NCBI GenBank assembly: GCA_051294905.1
Contig: CM119371.1
Span: 12,340,001-12,404,000 of the forward strand
Direction of reading: 5' to 3'
Origin: Botryllus schlosseri
Taxonomy: Eukaryota
Length of the DNA stretch: 64,000 nt
Of the stretch, positions 27,001 through 37,089 are shown piece by piece (the first letter of the stretch is position 1; each line of letters starts with the position of its first letter). Both the position numbers and the translations under genes were made by a program. Below the pieces are notes generated by a model. That model was given only the letters and a program-made list of their open reading frames with translations. It had not been told where the DNA came from and ran no database searches.

Positions 27001-28690
27001 CGTTTCGCAATGGCTATACTGTCATGGCATTAGTGAAATATCGATGAAAAATTCGACTGTCATGATCAATCGAGTTTCCCTATGGCGTGCGACCGGTTGC
27101 TATGCAGTCGACTACGCTTAATTTCGACACTTTGGTTTCACTTACATTTGGCATCAACACAGCAGTGTTCGAATTAAGCAGAAAATTCGATTGATGGTCA
27201 TAAGTAAAGCAGGCAAACAACGGAAGAAAAATATTGAACGACTGCGTAACATATGCATTGCTGCTGCGAAATACTGCAGCAATTGGCATTGATGGCATGA
27301 AACAGACCCCAGGACAGTAATTCTTCAAATTCAGTATCAACTATTGTTGCTAGGGATGAAACGGTATTTCCTTCACCATTCTGTCTATACGCAGGACGCA
27401 ATTCTATAGCGAACTGTTGTTGTGTCATAACTAAACGACATGAATGCCGAACCTGTGCACGAATTGAGCGAAAATTATCACCGGGAATTATTAACGTGTC
27501 ATTTTATGACTTTTGTTACGTTCCTTTCTCTAACAGTTTCGCCGATTGCAAAAAATATCCGGGTTATTCTGTGTCCTGCTGTCCCGAATAAGCGGGTTCA
27601 TTCATAGTTTACAATTTGGGCCGTGCCATAGGAAGTGAATACATCAATATATATTTGCCATGAAACAAGAGTCGAAGGTATTTCGACATATTATTACATC
27701 GTGCGCTGTAAATGCATCGATGTACAATAACTGTATTTACCAAATATGCCACATCGTATGACTTTCAAATTGGACCGTCGGCAGTTTCCCGTCAAAATAA
27801 TTTCTTTTACACCATTTCCTACGGGCGAACACGAGTCAAATACACCAATACATATGTAGAAATATCCCTGTAGAGGAGAGTGTCCTGCTCACGTTTACAA
27901 CCTTTTTTGTGCCTTCTGGGGTAGCGCACGAAAATCGTACTTTGTGCAGCAACGCATAACACCCATGTAGAGGCGTTGCAGAACACCCGATCGAGATTAT
28001 TGATTTTCTTCGTTTGGTCACTACATACATGGCCAGCGTCAGCGTTCCTACTCAAGTAGATGTGGAATTCATGCCGCAAATTTAAAACAAAATGCTTAAG
28101 ATGTGGCAACTGTGTCCCTGCAGAGTAAATGACAAATGTGCTAAATAACAGTTTTGTGGTTGTTGGCTTTCAGGTTTTGCATACAAACACAATATCACAT
28201 AAATTCGCAGACTGTTCGACTGCGGACTATATATATCGAACGCTTCTGACTACAAGTGATTGCTGGTCTCTACGCGGACCGGTCTGTCTGAAGTAGTATG
28301 GTATCTAAAACAGAAGATTGGCATAACAGACCATGTAAGAAACTGAAGCGAAACATTAAAACAATTGAGAATGACTTCTCGTTATGAAACTACAAAAACG
28401 CAACGGAATAGGCTGTTGGTATGACCATACTGAGCCCTCTATTAATATTCAGTCTGACTGACACCTTTTCGATTACTAACTGGCTCGTTCTGTTGACTCA
28501 GATCAAACGATTGGCTGTTGCTACCAATTCAATCACAGCGATATTGGATTTAGTTTCAACTATCCAGGCGAAGAAGATTTACGTGGAAGAATGTGACGGT
28601 ATTCGTACTGAAGATATATTGCGGAGGGCTCCGCAAATAAACGTATTGTCCAAAGAGGAATGGCACATGAGATTTACAGACATTGAATAA
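1920..28690 (+). CDS. Multi-exon host gene (5' part not resolved) encoding a divergent LRR-like/solenoid repeat protein; exons 1920-2036, 2115-2252, 2461-2583, 2643-2801, 4216-4335, 4398-4547, 16440-16559, 16622-16771, 18456-18575, 18638-18787, 21562-21726, 21791-21904, 24784-24951, terminal 28568-28690
   Basis: Each exon is AG/GT-bounded, a multiple of 3, phase 0 and stop-free; introns of 59-64 nt within pairs; exons are mutually homologous (VKQLWI..LWRTTFQRI vs ILNLWV..LWRETFRNM); 165-168 nt exons with FEELVLLNFNWLS resemble LRR exons; last exon ends TAA overlapping AATAAA. Joining into one transcript and the LRR label are inference; further exons may be missed. Confidence 0.6.
2461..2801 (+). 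CDS. Exon pair A1/B1 (2461-2583, 2643-2801)
   Basis: ttag|VKQLWISSDEVTFVKELWRTTFQRISFSVDQCFVELPRVEQ|gtgacg; ttcag|TKIIHLKSWTDVAETAKIETVKEV...LDFCGT|gtaaaa; protein-level homology to the duplicated pairs. Confidence 0.7.
2880..3340 (+). mobile_element. Diverged terminal fragment of the CMC-type element
   Basis: Colinear similarity to ~9415-9890. Confidence 0.7.
4216..4547 (+). CDS. Duplicated exon pair copy 1 (4216-4335, 4398-4547)
   Basis: tttcag|120 nt|gtaatg, 62-nt intron, tacag|150 nt|gtgaat; ILNLWVKVQF...APEIPE / CGKIDVKKWIEAAKIAEVGP...QYRGK. Confidence 0.75.
5150..5214 (+). pseudogene. 5'-truncated copy of the 150-nt exon
   Basis: Only SIALPIGDIRLLNAIQYRQE|gtgaac and downstream intron retained; no in-frame acceptor. 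Confidence 0.65.
5583..6408. mobile_element. hAT (Buster/Charlie-like) MITE with nested MITE 5761-6058
   Basis: TIR caggggtcaccaac/gttggcgacccctg, TSD ccgtatca/tcgtatca; inner TIR cagtggttct, TSD ccttaggg/gcttaggg. Confidence 0.85.
7171..9894 (+). mobile_element. Non-autonomous CMC/EnSpm(CACTA-like) DNA transposon, copy 1
   Basis: Termini CACACAAAAAAA...TTTTTTTTCAGTG, 2-bp TSD (ca/ca), subterminal GTAA..TTAC repeats; near-identical inverted copy at 41627-59724. Confidence 0.8.
8266..8878. mobile_element. Fold-back hAT-type MITE (almost entirely palindromic)
   Basis: TIR tagggctgttcaaaaataactttttttt extends to ~300-bp arms; TSD ctgtacac; empty site in copy 2 (~51290-51305). Confidence 0.9.
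10266..11935 (+). pseudogene. Decayed Mutator/MULE-like DDE transposase
   Basis: Frameshifted ORFs with LGFDKTYNL..YVT, HPLFIG..YLH, GTDNEIAL, ILCLKH (CxxH) and WTNNNNESMNH motifs typical of MULE transposases; termini not found. Confidence 0.75.
12823..14087. mobile_element. hAT MITE with (GGAGCC/GGAGCT)n subterminal repeats
   Basis: TIR cagggctttggagc; TSD cccgtgac both sides. Confidence 0.9.
13266..13922. mobile_element. Innermost Charlie-like MITE
   Basis: Ends caggaatggccaac/ggtccacccctg; TSD atatagac both sides. Confidence 0.85.
15845..15915 (-). mobile_element. Degenerate tRNA-SINE head fragment
   Basis: Reverse strand acaccaatgggttgcgagttcgagtcc matches heads at 17620 and 30315. Confidence 0.5.
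16440..16771 (+). CDS. Duplicated exon pair copy 2 (16440-16559, 16622-16771)
   Basis: Same splice sites and lengths (120/62/150 nt), open frame. Confidence 0.75.
17620..18043 (+). mobile_element. Full-length tRNA-derived SINE
   Basis: A box tggcgcagtgag, B box ggttcgaatccc, (AAT)n tail 18013-18045, 15-bp TSD atcacccctagtgtg. Confidence 0.9.
18456..18787 (+). CDS. Duplicated exon pair copy 3 (18456-18575, 18638-18787)
   Basis: Same splice sites and lengths, open frame. Confidence 0.75.
19065..19433. mobile_element. MITE
   Basis: TIR tagggcaag/cttgcccta; AAAGTTGCA subterminal repeats; TSD unclear. Confidence 0.65.
19437..20524. mobile_element. Charlie-like MITE with nested MITE 20058-20353
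   Basis: Ends taggggtaggcaaac/gtttacccacccctg with cgcgggccgca motifs; inner cagtgactctcaaac/gtttgaaaaccactg. Confidence 0.7.
20983..21222. mobile_element. Internally deleted copy of the 39119-40056 MITE
   Basis: CTCTAATTCTAATTCTAATCTAATTT repeats and terminal ctagttgaccaagtctg. Confidence 0.7.
21562..21904 (+). CDS. Exons 21562-21726 and 21791-21904 of the repeat-protein gene
   Basis: tttcag|VKTLIFDGYPSFTSKTWKDLGTSIRNCNVSTISF...AALA|gtgcgt; 64-nt intron; cttag|ARRFTV...SKNQ|gtaatc. Confidence 0.55.
24784..24951 (+). CDS. 168-nt LRR-like exon
   Basis: tttttag|KKSLDVAIGRLKGKAFAESLGGLIASSGFEELVLLNFNWLSLDTITSIGKGLHQYK|gtaaga. Confidence 0.65.
25296..26794. mobile_element. Non-autonomous hAT-type element
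   Basis: TIR cagtggttctcagcc/ggctgagaaccgctg; GGACCCC subterminal motifs; TSD degraded. Confidence 0.7.
28568..28690 (+). CDS. Probable terminal coding exon
   Basis: tccag|AKKIYVEECDG...FTDIE*; stop overlaps AATAAA (28686-28691). Confidence 0.5.
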   Translation, partial: AKKIYVEECDGIRTEDILRRAPQINVLSKEEWHMRFTDIE

Positions 28691-28922
28691 AACATTGTTT
28701 TAACACTATTCCTAGGATAATTTTCAATCGATTTGTATTAACTTCACCAAGCTGACTTACATGATCTGATGTATTAACCTCTTATCAATTCCGAAATCCA
28801 AGTGAATGTGCATATACAGATATTTTGTATATACTTTTTCTGATAGACATGTTTGTATGCCTATATAACTGTGGTATACGTATTCATACCCATTGTGATC
28901 ACAGTCTTTGATTCAGCTAAAC

Positions 28923-30117
28923 CAGTGGTTCCCAACGTGGGCGATATCGCCCCCCAGGGGGCGATTTGTCGGTCCAGGGGGGCGAAAATAGCCAAGGGGG
29001 CGATAGGGGGGCGAAAATGGACGAAGGGGGCGATAGGGGGGCGATTGCGCGTTGAAATGGTTATATTGGCGTTCATGAACATAACTGCCACACCCAAACC
29101 CTCAATTGGGATGGGGGGCCCACAGTTTTTTCGTGAGTTAACATTAAATAAATTATAAAGTATTATTTTGGAAATTAAGGCAACTTTTTCCAAAAAATTT
29201 CGCGCTGCGCGCCATTTCGTGGTCGCATATTCATCGCTTATTGGTTACCCTTCCTCCAAGAAATAATACGCATGAGTTATAGAAATGGGCATCTCGGCGT
29301 CAGCCATTATCGCACCAAGACATATAAAGTTTCAGGCCATGTAACATGCGACTCCGAGAAGTGTGCCAGAATGAGAAAACCTCGGCGGAAAAGGACTGCC
29401 TTTATGCTGACCGACTTCGATATAATTGTCCATGGGCGCCTAAACGGCTGGCGCCAAATGTTTCGGTCCTGGCAATCAAAACCCCACAAAAAATGCCATC
29501 TCGCAGAGAAAAATTAATTGCCAGTGCAGAAATACCAATTTGAAATCGTGTGCGTCTTTTAGTTTAGTACGTATGGGCGATTTGAATATCTTTTGACATA
29601 ACAGACAGGCCACGAAATGTCATTACGTAACGAAGTCATTATACCCACGGGTCCGTCCGAATATGTTGATCATATTGACCGATTCAATCATGAATGATAG
29701 AAATTTTTCGCGCTTCGCGCGAAGTAAGCCGTCTAACTAAAGAGTCCAAAAATTTGTGCTGAGAAGTTGCGGTAAAGAGGTATCGGGGGAGTTGGGTCTG
29801 AGGGGTGCAGAACTTTGCTTTATCGCCCTATGGAGGAGGGTCAAGACCAACGTATTGGGGGGGGGGCTGACGGAGTGCTGTTACGGTCCTTTTGGAATCA
29901 AGTCGGAGAAATCACCTTTTTTGTTAGTCAAATCACCAAAATTTAGCTGGAAAAGTGTGATTTCGAGGCCGAGCCGAAAAGTTGACCTTTTTTCTTAGTC
30001 AACTCGCCTGTGATTTCAGTCTGTATGCCCATTTTTCGGTTTCCAATATTTGGGGGGCGATGATCGGTCTGGAGTTGGAAAAGGGGGCAATGAGTCGAAA
30101 AAGGTTGGGCACCACTG
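28923..30117. mobile_element. hAT (Buster/Charlie-like) non-autonomous element with GGGGGCGA repeats
   Basis: TIR cagtggttcccaac/gttgggcaccactg; TSD agctaaac both sides. Confidence 0.9.
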
Positions 30118-30314
30118 AGCTAAACGATCAAATGCTGCAGGTCATGCCAATAACGTTGTTGAATTTTAAGAATGATAGGGAGCAACGTCTGTTCTAAGTC
30201 CTAGAAAATATATAATATACCAAACGATTATTAGATACCAGAGAGTTGAGTGGAATTACCAATTTTGTCTTTTTTGGCCGACGATAGTAACTGACGATAG
30301 TAACTGACGATAGT

Positions 30315-30709
30315 GGGGAAGCGAATGGTGCAGTTGGTAAAACACTGCAGTCACGACACCAATGGTTGCTGGTTCGAGTCTCGGCTCTGCCATGTTTCTA
30401 TGTGTCGGAGGTTGATCTGGGCTCCTCATCGCTGACCTCACTATGCATCCTGACACCCATATGCAGTGTCGTACGAAAAGCCCGGATGAAGCAAGTAAAG
30501 TCGAGCTTACGAAAATAGGCTGCAAATGACTCTGATGAGGACGCGTGCCAGAGAGAGAGTGGAAGACGTGAATGAGAGTGTGACTGGAAGTCGTCCTGAG
30601 AAATCGTTCCACAGGAAAAGACCAAGCAAAAAGGATAATATTCATGATCGGGAGCAAATGATCTTATCAGCGATAAGCGCCAGAAATTGTTCAATAAAAT
30701 ACAAATACA
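30315..30709 (+). mobile_element. tRNA-derived SINE, variant with different 3' tail
   Basis: Same head/core as 17620 (ggggaagcga, ggttcgagtc, gggctcctcatcg); TSD aactgacgatagt/aacttacgatagt. Confidence 0.85.
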
Positions 30710-31796
30710 AACTTACGATAGTAGTCCATCATATATTTCATTGATTTTCCGAATCCTTACATCGCCCAACTACCTAAAATATTGTGAATTTGATGACTAC
30801 CCATATACTGTACAGATGTAAGAAATGACCCCCCCAGCCCCGATTACATAAGTGAAAATATTATACCACTCCAATAAAACATGGCGACACATCGTTCGAA
30901 CTTAGCGGCTGTTGGTACGAATCGTATATAACCGTGATTTACTCAGATGTTATTCCAGGGTTACCATATGCTCTCTTTTAAGAGAATCTGTCCTCTTTTT
31001 TAAATAAATTGCAAGTGTCCTCGGAGGATGCGTAAATGTCATATTTTGGGAAATTCTATGCCACAGAACACAGAACACAAGACCCCTTTATATTCTCAAT
31101 GTTATGTGAAGTGCTCAATCCTTTTAAATCCATTTTAACTACTAAAGAGTCATACATGTCAATAAAATGTCACGTCACAATTGAACATTCGTGACGTTAT
31201 GGTAGCAATAATTTGACCTCACCGCAAACCCACTAATTAGTGGGGGGTAGCTTGAAGAGGCAGAAAATTATTTCGCGAATCAACAAAAATTATTGAATAT
31301 GAGGGCGATTTCTAACAACTTGAATATTTTTCGCGCCTCGTGCGATTTAGTATAATGAAATATATACTTTTCAATGGGTAGCCGTAGCGCAGAGACAAAA
31401 ATATGTATAATTTATGCAAAATATTAGCATTTCAGCCCCTGCCATTACTTCTCCACGACAAATGTACCAAGACTTTTGAATATTCCTGTCAACATACTAC
31501 TTCCCGAACTGTATTACCCGACCTTTGCCGAAAATGACATCAGTATGTCGCCCTAAACCATCAATATATATCACAGCCTAGGCGCGGAGTAGTCCTGTGA
31601 TTGATATCTGAAGTAACCACTTCCCTCATCCCTAACAGTACAGTAAATCTGATCACGCGGACTGGGTGAAGATGAAAAATTATCTGCAATATATGTAATC
31701 ACCAAGATTAAAGACAAAAGTCAAACATAAGGTTGAAATTTATTCACGTTATGAGCCTATGGGTAACCTATGGGTAGATTAGTTATCTATATGGAG

Positions 31797-32222
31797 CAGG
31801 AATGGCCAACCTACTATTTTAGTTTATTGTACTGTACGACGATTTACTGAAAAGGTGACTGGACCCTGGATCTGCCAATGCGGCGGAACTGATATTTTAG
31901 TCATCAACATCCCAATTGTCGCAACCAGACTTGTAATTTTTTGTTGGCATTGCAAGTTCACAATCTGAGCAATTCATTTTCGATAATATAATAGGAAATT
32001 ACCTCGCGGGCCACGCAAAACCCTCTCGCGGGCCAAATTTGGCCCGCGGGTTGGCCACCCCTGCTATAGACAGGTCCATTCGATAATTTCAGAGCCGGAG
32101 CTGGAGTCGGAGCAGTGTTAATAATGCGGCTCCGGAGCTGGAGCCGGAGGTAATGTATGATAGAAGAAAGCTCCGGAGCCGGAGCTGGAGAAGTTTTAAT
32201 TTACGGCTGCTCCAAAGCGCTG
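31797..32222. mobile_element. Deleted copy of the compound GGAGCC-MITE + nested Charlie MITE (cf. 13266-14087)
   Basis: Near-identical to ~13680-14087 including the junction tatagacagg. Confidence 0.8.
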
Positions 32223-32544
32223 ATTCTAACCCTAAGATTCATGTGATGGCGTTGAAAATTCCATTTCAAGGCTACAAGATCGGGATTCTAGATCCGGATC
32301 AACTGATGACAATGTAGGATTTGCGTGTGCAGCATCCAGAACATTGGAGGAAGAAAGGTGACACGGCCTGGAGTTCAGGCTCCACCTTTTTGCAATGCGC
32401 GTATCTTATGCTTAACCACTGAGATTGTGACTGGGAATCGCACCGCTTTATACGTGATTTTTTAAACTGTATTGGTGTGTAGACTATAATACCACAGCAG
32501 CAAAATCTTCCCTGCAAAATTTGTAAGAGCAAATTAATATTAAT

Positions 32545-32782
32545 ATTATCATTGTACAAAGCAGTGGCGCTTTTAGCCTGTAAGGCTCTGTGCCCCACGA
32601 CATGACAGTATGCGAACCGATCAATGCATTTCTTCTTGTCTTTGACATTCTTTCCACTCTCTCATGCACTCGCTCGCGATTCATCGGGTCTTTTGCTGCC
32701 GACTTGTAGCTCGGCTCACTGTGATTTCTTGGCTTTTTAAGTCGTCACTGCAATTGCAGTGAGGTCGGCGATGAGGAGCAAA
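32545..32782 (-). mobile_element. 5'-truncated copy of the 17620 SINE
   Basis: Reverse strand gctcctcatcgccgacctcactgc...atgtcgtggggcacagagccttacaggctaaaagcgccact. Confidence 0.8.
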
Positions 32783-33465
32783 TTAAGTTTGTGGAAGTGG
32801 GCTGGAAGCCTTCCTATGTCGTCTGCATCGGAGGGAAATGAATGGAAAGATATGTTCTTCCTCAGTTGATAGTCATTATAGTGGTACTGCAGTTATGAAC
32901 GCAGCAGTATTTCGACATTATATTTTAGTATATGTTACTGAATATTTCATATCCTATTCTGTTATTGATGAATAAATAAACATTTAACTGTAATCTTGTC
33001 GTTTTTATACAATCTAAACGGCTATAGGAATACATCGTAGTGCCAACTAGCCTTAAGTAAATACAGCGTTCACCGTTGCTGCGCCGTATCCATTGCCATT
33101 GTTTCTCGACCAATCAGCGCAAAGTTTGGTTTGCGGCCGTATATAGGGATTGAACGAATCACAGTGATGAATGCTGTTTATAATACGACGAAGTAGAGTA
33201 GAATGAGGCTCTTCACCTTTCACCTTCACTGACTTCATGGTAAATAGATCAGAATTTATAATAACTGGTATTAATCTTATATAAATATAGCACCGATTCC
33301 GAAAATCTAAATATTGATCGACCAAATATCCAGCGGTAACATAAAAGTTGCACTATACACGCCTACTTTTTAACAGCAGTAATAGAAAGCTACTTACCTA
33401 TGAAGAACGAGGATAGCGAAGCGTAGTTTGCAATTCGTATTTACATTTGGAATCTCACTTCCAAG

Positions 33466-34785
33466 CAATGTTCCCTCTAAGCTGCGCACGTGCGAAAATG
33501 CGGAGTGCTGAAACGGTCTCTGCGCACAGAAAATCTACGCTGCGCACAAAAATCAGAAATGATGTTTTTTTTTGTTGTTGTTGCGCAATGTCGTCCAATG
33601 GACCACGCAGGCGCGCAGATTCGTGAAAATTAAGATGTAACATTGCCAAGGCCAAATAGTGTTATCACTGAAGTCTGAAACCGAGGTACAAGTGCGCCAC
33701 GCAAAGGTAACTATTGCGCCCCGTGAAGAAATGAGAGTTCACACTCACCTGCGCCTCATGGAAGATATTTTTTTAGTATGGCCTCGTACACGTCAGCGAT
33801 ACTAATATCATTTCAATAGCGCATTATTTTCTGGGAATGGCGAAATAACATGGTTTAACAAAGTTATAAACAACAATGGGCTACCTCGAAGTTATAATCT
33901 GCGAGAAACTAACGAATGATAGTATTTTTCGCGTGGCATGAACATTGCGTAAGATTTACTCAGGACCGTTACTTTCGCACCCCAAACCCCAAATTGAAGG
34001 GGCCGAGCTCGAAGGGGGTCCAAAATTATTTCGAGAATTAATAAAAATCATGGTGTACTTTTTGAAATTTTCAAGGATTTTTTTTCGCGCTACGCGCATT
34101 TTATTATTGTGAGATATCTGATTATTGGGTACCCTTTTCCAACAAAAATTAGGCATGATTTAAAGAAATGGTCAGTCGGGCTTCGGCCATTATCGCACCA
34201 TGACGCGCCAAGGCTATGTAACATGCGATTCCAAGAAGTGCGCCAGAACGATCAGCAGCGAGAAACCCTTGGGCGAAAAAGACTGCCCCGGTGCTGACCG
34301 AAACTCAATAAATACAAATATATATGTGATTGTCCATGTCCATGGGCGCCTAAATGGCTGGCGCCGAATGTTCCTGTCCTGGCGATCCGAGTCCCACAAC
34401 AAGACAAATGCCATATCGAGGGAACATTATTTTACAGTTATGAAATACCAATTTCAAATCGTGTACGTCTTTTACTTTAGTACGTTTTGGCGATTTAAAT
34501 ATATATGCAATTCCCGATCGTATTGGCCGATGCAATCATGAATTATATATAATTTATATAATTTTTTTCGCGATTCGCGCGTTTAGGGACGCTACTACTA
34601 AATGAGCACCCCATGTACATGATAAGTACCGGAAGAAGCCTAGAGCCGTAGGGGGGTCTGGGGGGCGAAGCCCCAGTCGTTAGTTTTATCACCCTATTGG
34701 ATGGTGTTTGCGCACTGTTGTCCGAGGGCCTGCGCAGTGAGTTGGCATGTTTGCGCAGGCTCTTGAAAAATTAGAGGGAACATTG
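33466..34785. mobile_element. hAT-type non-autonomous element with TGCGCA repeats; short derivative at 34920-35111
   Basis: TIR caatgttccctctaa/ttagagggaacattg; TSD cttccaag both sides. Confidence 0.9.
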
Positions 34786-36779
34786 CTTCCAAGGCAGTTC
34801 ATTTTTCGGCATGGATTAGGAATACAATGTGTATTAGAAAACTAGACTGCCATATAGGCGTCCCCATGTCTGATATCTGCTATCAGCTTAAATTTGGGGA
34901 TTTTGTAATGGGAACCGAGCAATGTTCCCACTGAGATGCGCACGGGCGCAAGTGCGCAGTGCTGACACGCTGTATGTGCACAGAAAATCTAAGCTGCGCA
35001 CAAAAAGGTCGAAGTGATGACCTTTTTTAGTCGTTACGCACTGTTGTCCAAGGGTCTGCGCAGTGAGCTGGTAAGTATGCGCAGACTGGTCAAATATTGA
35101 AGGGAACAATGGGTCAGAGCGCTTAGTCCTGGATACGCCACTGTCTTGACCTCTCAAATACATGTTCATGCTGCCACGAGAATATTTATTCTGGCCGTTA
35201 TGAAAATTCATCAACAAGCTGATGCAATATCGGTAAAATTCAGTAGGCCTACAAAATTAAAAATATGTCAAAGAGCCATATCTTATCCCAAATGAGCCAT
35301 ATATGACTCGTGAGCCATACTTTCCCGACCACTGATATAGATTTCACGTTGTTGTAGTAATGATGGGCATTTGTTGTTTGTCTCCTCCAATGGCACTAGT
35401 CAATCTTCATCTACATTGCCAAAATGAACGATATTAGTTCACTCTAATCCACTTCATGGCCGCTTCGGAAAACCGCGAAGGGAATCCCTGTACTTTACCG
35501 GCTACTGCCCTAGTGAACCTCGACGAAAAAGACGTATTGCAGTATGTACGTATGGAGATAGAATTGGTACGCATAATGAATCAACCATATTGAACTTTGG
35601 TATTCCACCAGAAGTCGGTCGTTGAATGCAAACTATATTGGCAGCATCCAACTAGCCACATGTTGTGAAAAGCGATCCAGCCGCTTACAAAGGCGGCTTC
35701 AAAATTTCTGCATATAAGCCACCATTTCCAACGACATGTCGAGAGCAAAAACTGTTCAAAACTATTTTTTTGTCAAATTTAATATGCGACTTGATAAAAT
35801 CGTTAGGTCTATTAAAAACACCATGCACACCAATTTTGGCTCAGTTCCAACGTATAGAAGTATTGTTACGAGTGAATAAAGTTAAAGTAAGGATAAAATT
35901 TTTTCAAAGTTTACTGACAATCCAACGTAATTGTTAAGTTGTCCACAAAAACGATGCACAAGAAATTTGTACTTTATCACGAGCATAAGTCGCCATGACA
36001 AGGACTGCCTGAAAGAAGGGAAGGAAGTTGCTTAAAGTTGTCAGGCAGTTTTAAAAAGTAGATTAGCAGTAGACTCGAGACTGCGAAAAGACTTGAAACG
36101 TAGATGTGAAAAGCGTTCCGGTCGCTTAAAAAGGCGGCTTAAAAATTCCTGCGTACAAAGCGGCGACATGTCGAGAACGAGAAACTCCAAGTAGGAGATG
36201 AAGGTCCATCATTAACTCGATGACAACTTCTGCCGTTTGATTGGAATCAGTTCTGGAGGACTTTAGATATTGGCGCATACAGCCCAGCCGGAAACTCACT
36301 AGCGAGTGCTGGCTGATCACCACCTCCGATGGCATGCTGGCTTCTGTGAGGCCGTGTGTAATAAATCGCTATATTGCCCGACATGCGGACAATACAACGG
36401 GTGATATATAATGTTGTATGTGAAATATTGTTAGGTTTAATGACGAAAAGGTAATTTTTTTCGATTTCTTGAAAAAGGATGTCAAATCCTCGTAAGGACG
36501 TATAACCCTAATTCTGAGCATATTAGAAAATGCATATATTTTCCACCATATTTTTACATATGCTTGGATTTTCAATAATAAATACTTTTTTATTAATCCC
36601 TAATCCCTCGAGACGGCAAATGTCGGGTCTATTTATTGATTACGAAATATCTACGTACTATAGCTTCGACTATATGTTGAGGGTAATTGTCCGTCGGCTG
36701 TTAGTTCCGAACATTTCCGTTCCGAGACACACGAAGACGTAGGTAGTTTGAAGCATGCAATATACACTTTATGAGTCCA

Positions 36780-37019
36780 TTATCGTCTCACCGTCCATTT
36801 CATCACGTGTCGTGATCTCCAATATGGCGGCGGGCCGTCAGACAGCCGACAACGACAGGAACGATCGAGCAACTATATACGGGTATATGCGAGCGAGAAC
36901 AGTATGCATTCATACCGCATTCCTTAATAGGACGAATCAGTTCCTATTCTAAAACGTACAACTATTGCCTGAACAGTAGTAAGAATAAGCGCAACTAACT
37001 GTTAAGAATTCGCCTCATA
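36780..37019. promoter_or_regulatory. CpG-rich candidate promoter with YY1-like motif
   Basis: aatatggcggc at 36821-36831 in CpG-rich non-repeat sequence upstream of a candidate first exon. Confidence 0.35.
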
Positions 37020-37089
37020 ATGAACTGCAAGACATGCGCCGCCGTCGCGGTCGCGGTGTCTTCGATCTTTCTGCTTCGAGGCTCGGTCG
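37020..37089 (+). CDS. Candidate first exon encoding a signal peptide
   Basis: MNCKTCAAVAVAVSSIFLLRGSV + phase-1 donor g|gtgagt. Confidence 0.45.

Noticed and set aside
27560..28120. Minus-strand GPCR-like relic (MNPLI)
   Set aside because: Only a vague motif among stops and frameshifts; unsupported without a search
30530..30605. Hammerhead ribozyme (CTGATGA...GAAA)
   Set aside because: Stem II not directly followed by GAAA and structure not conserved in the sister SINE
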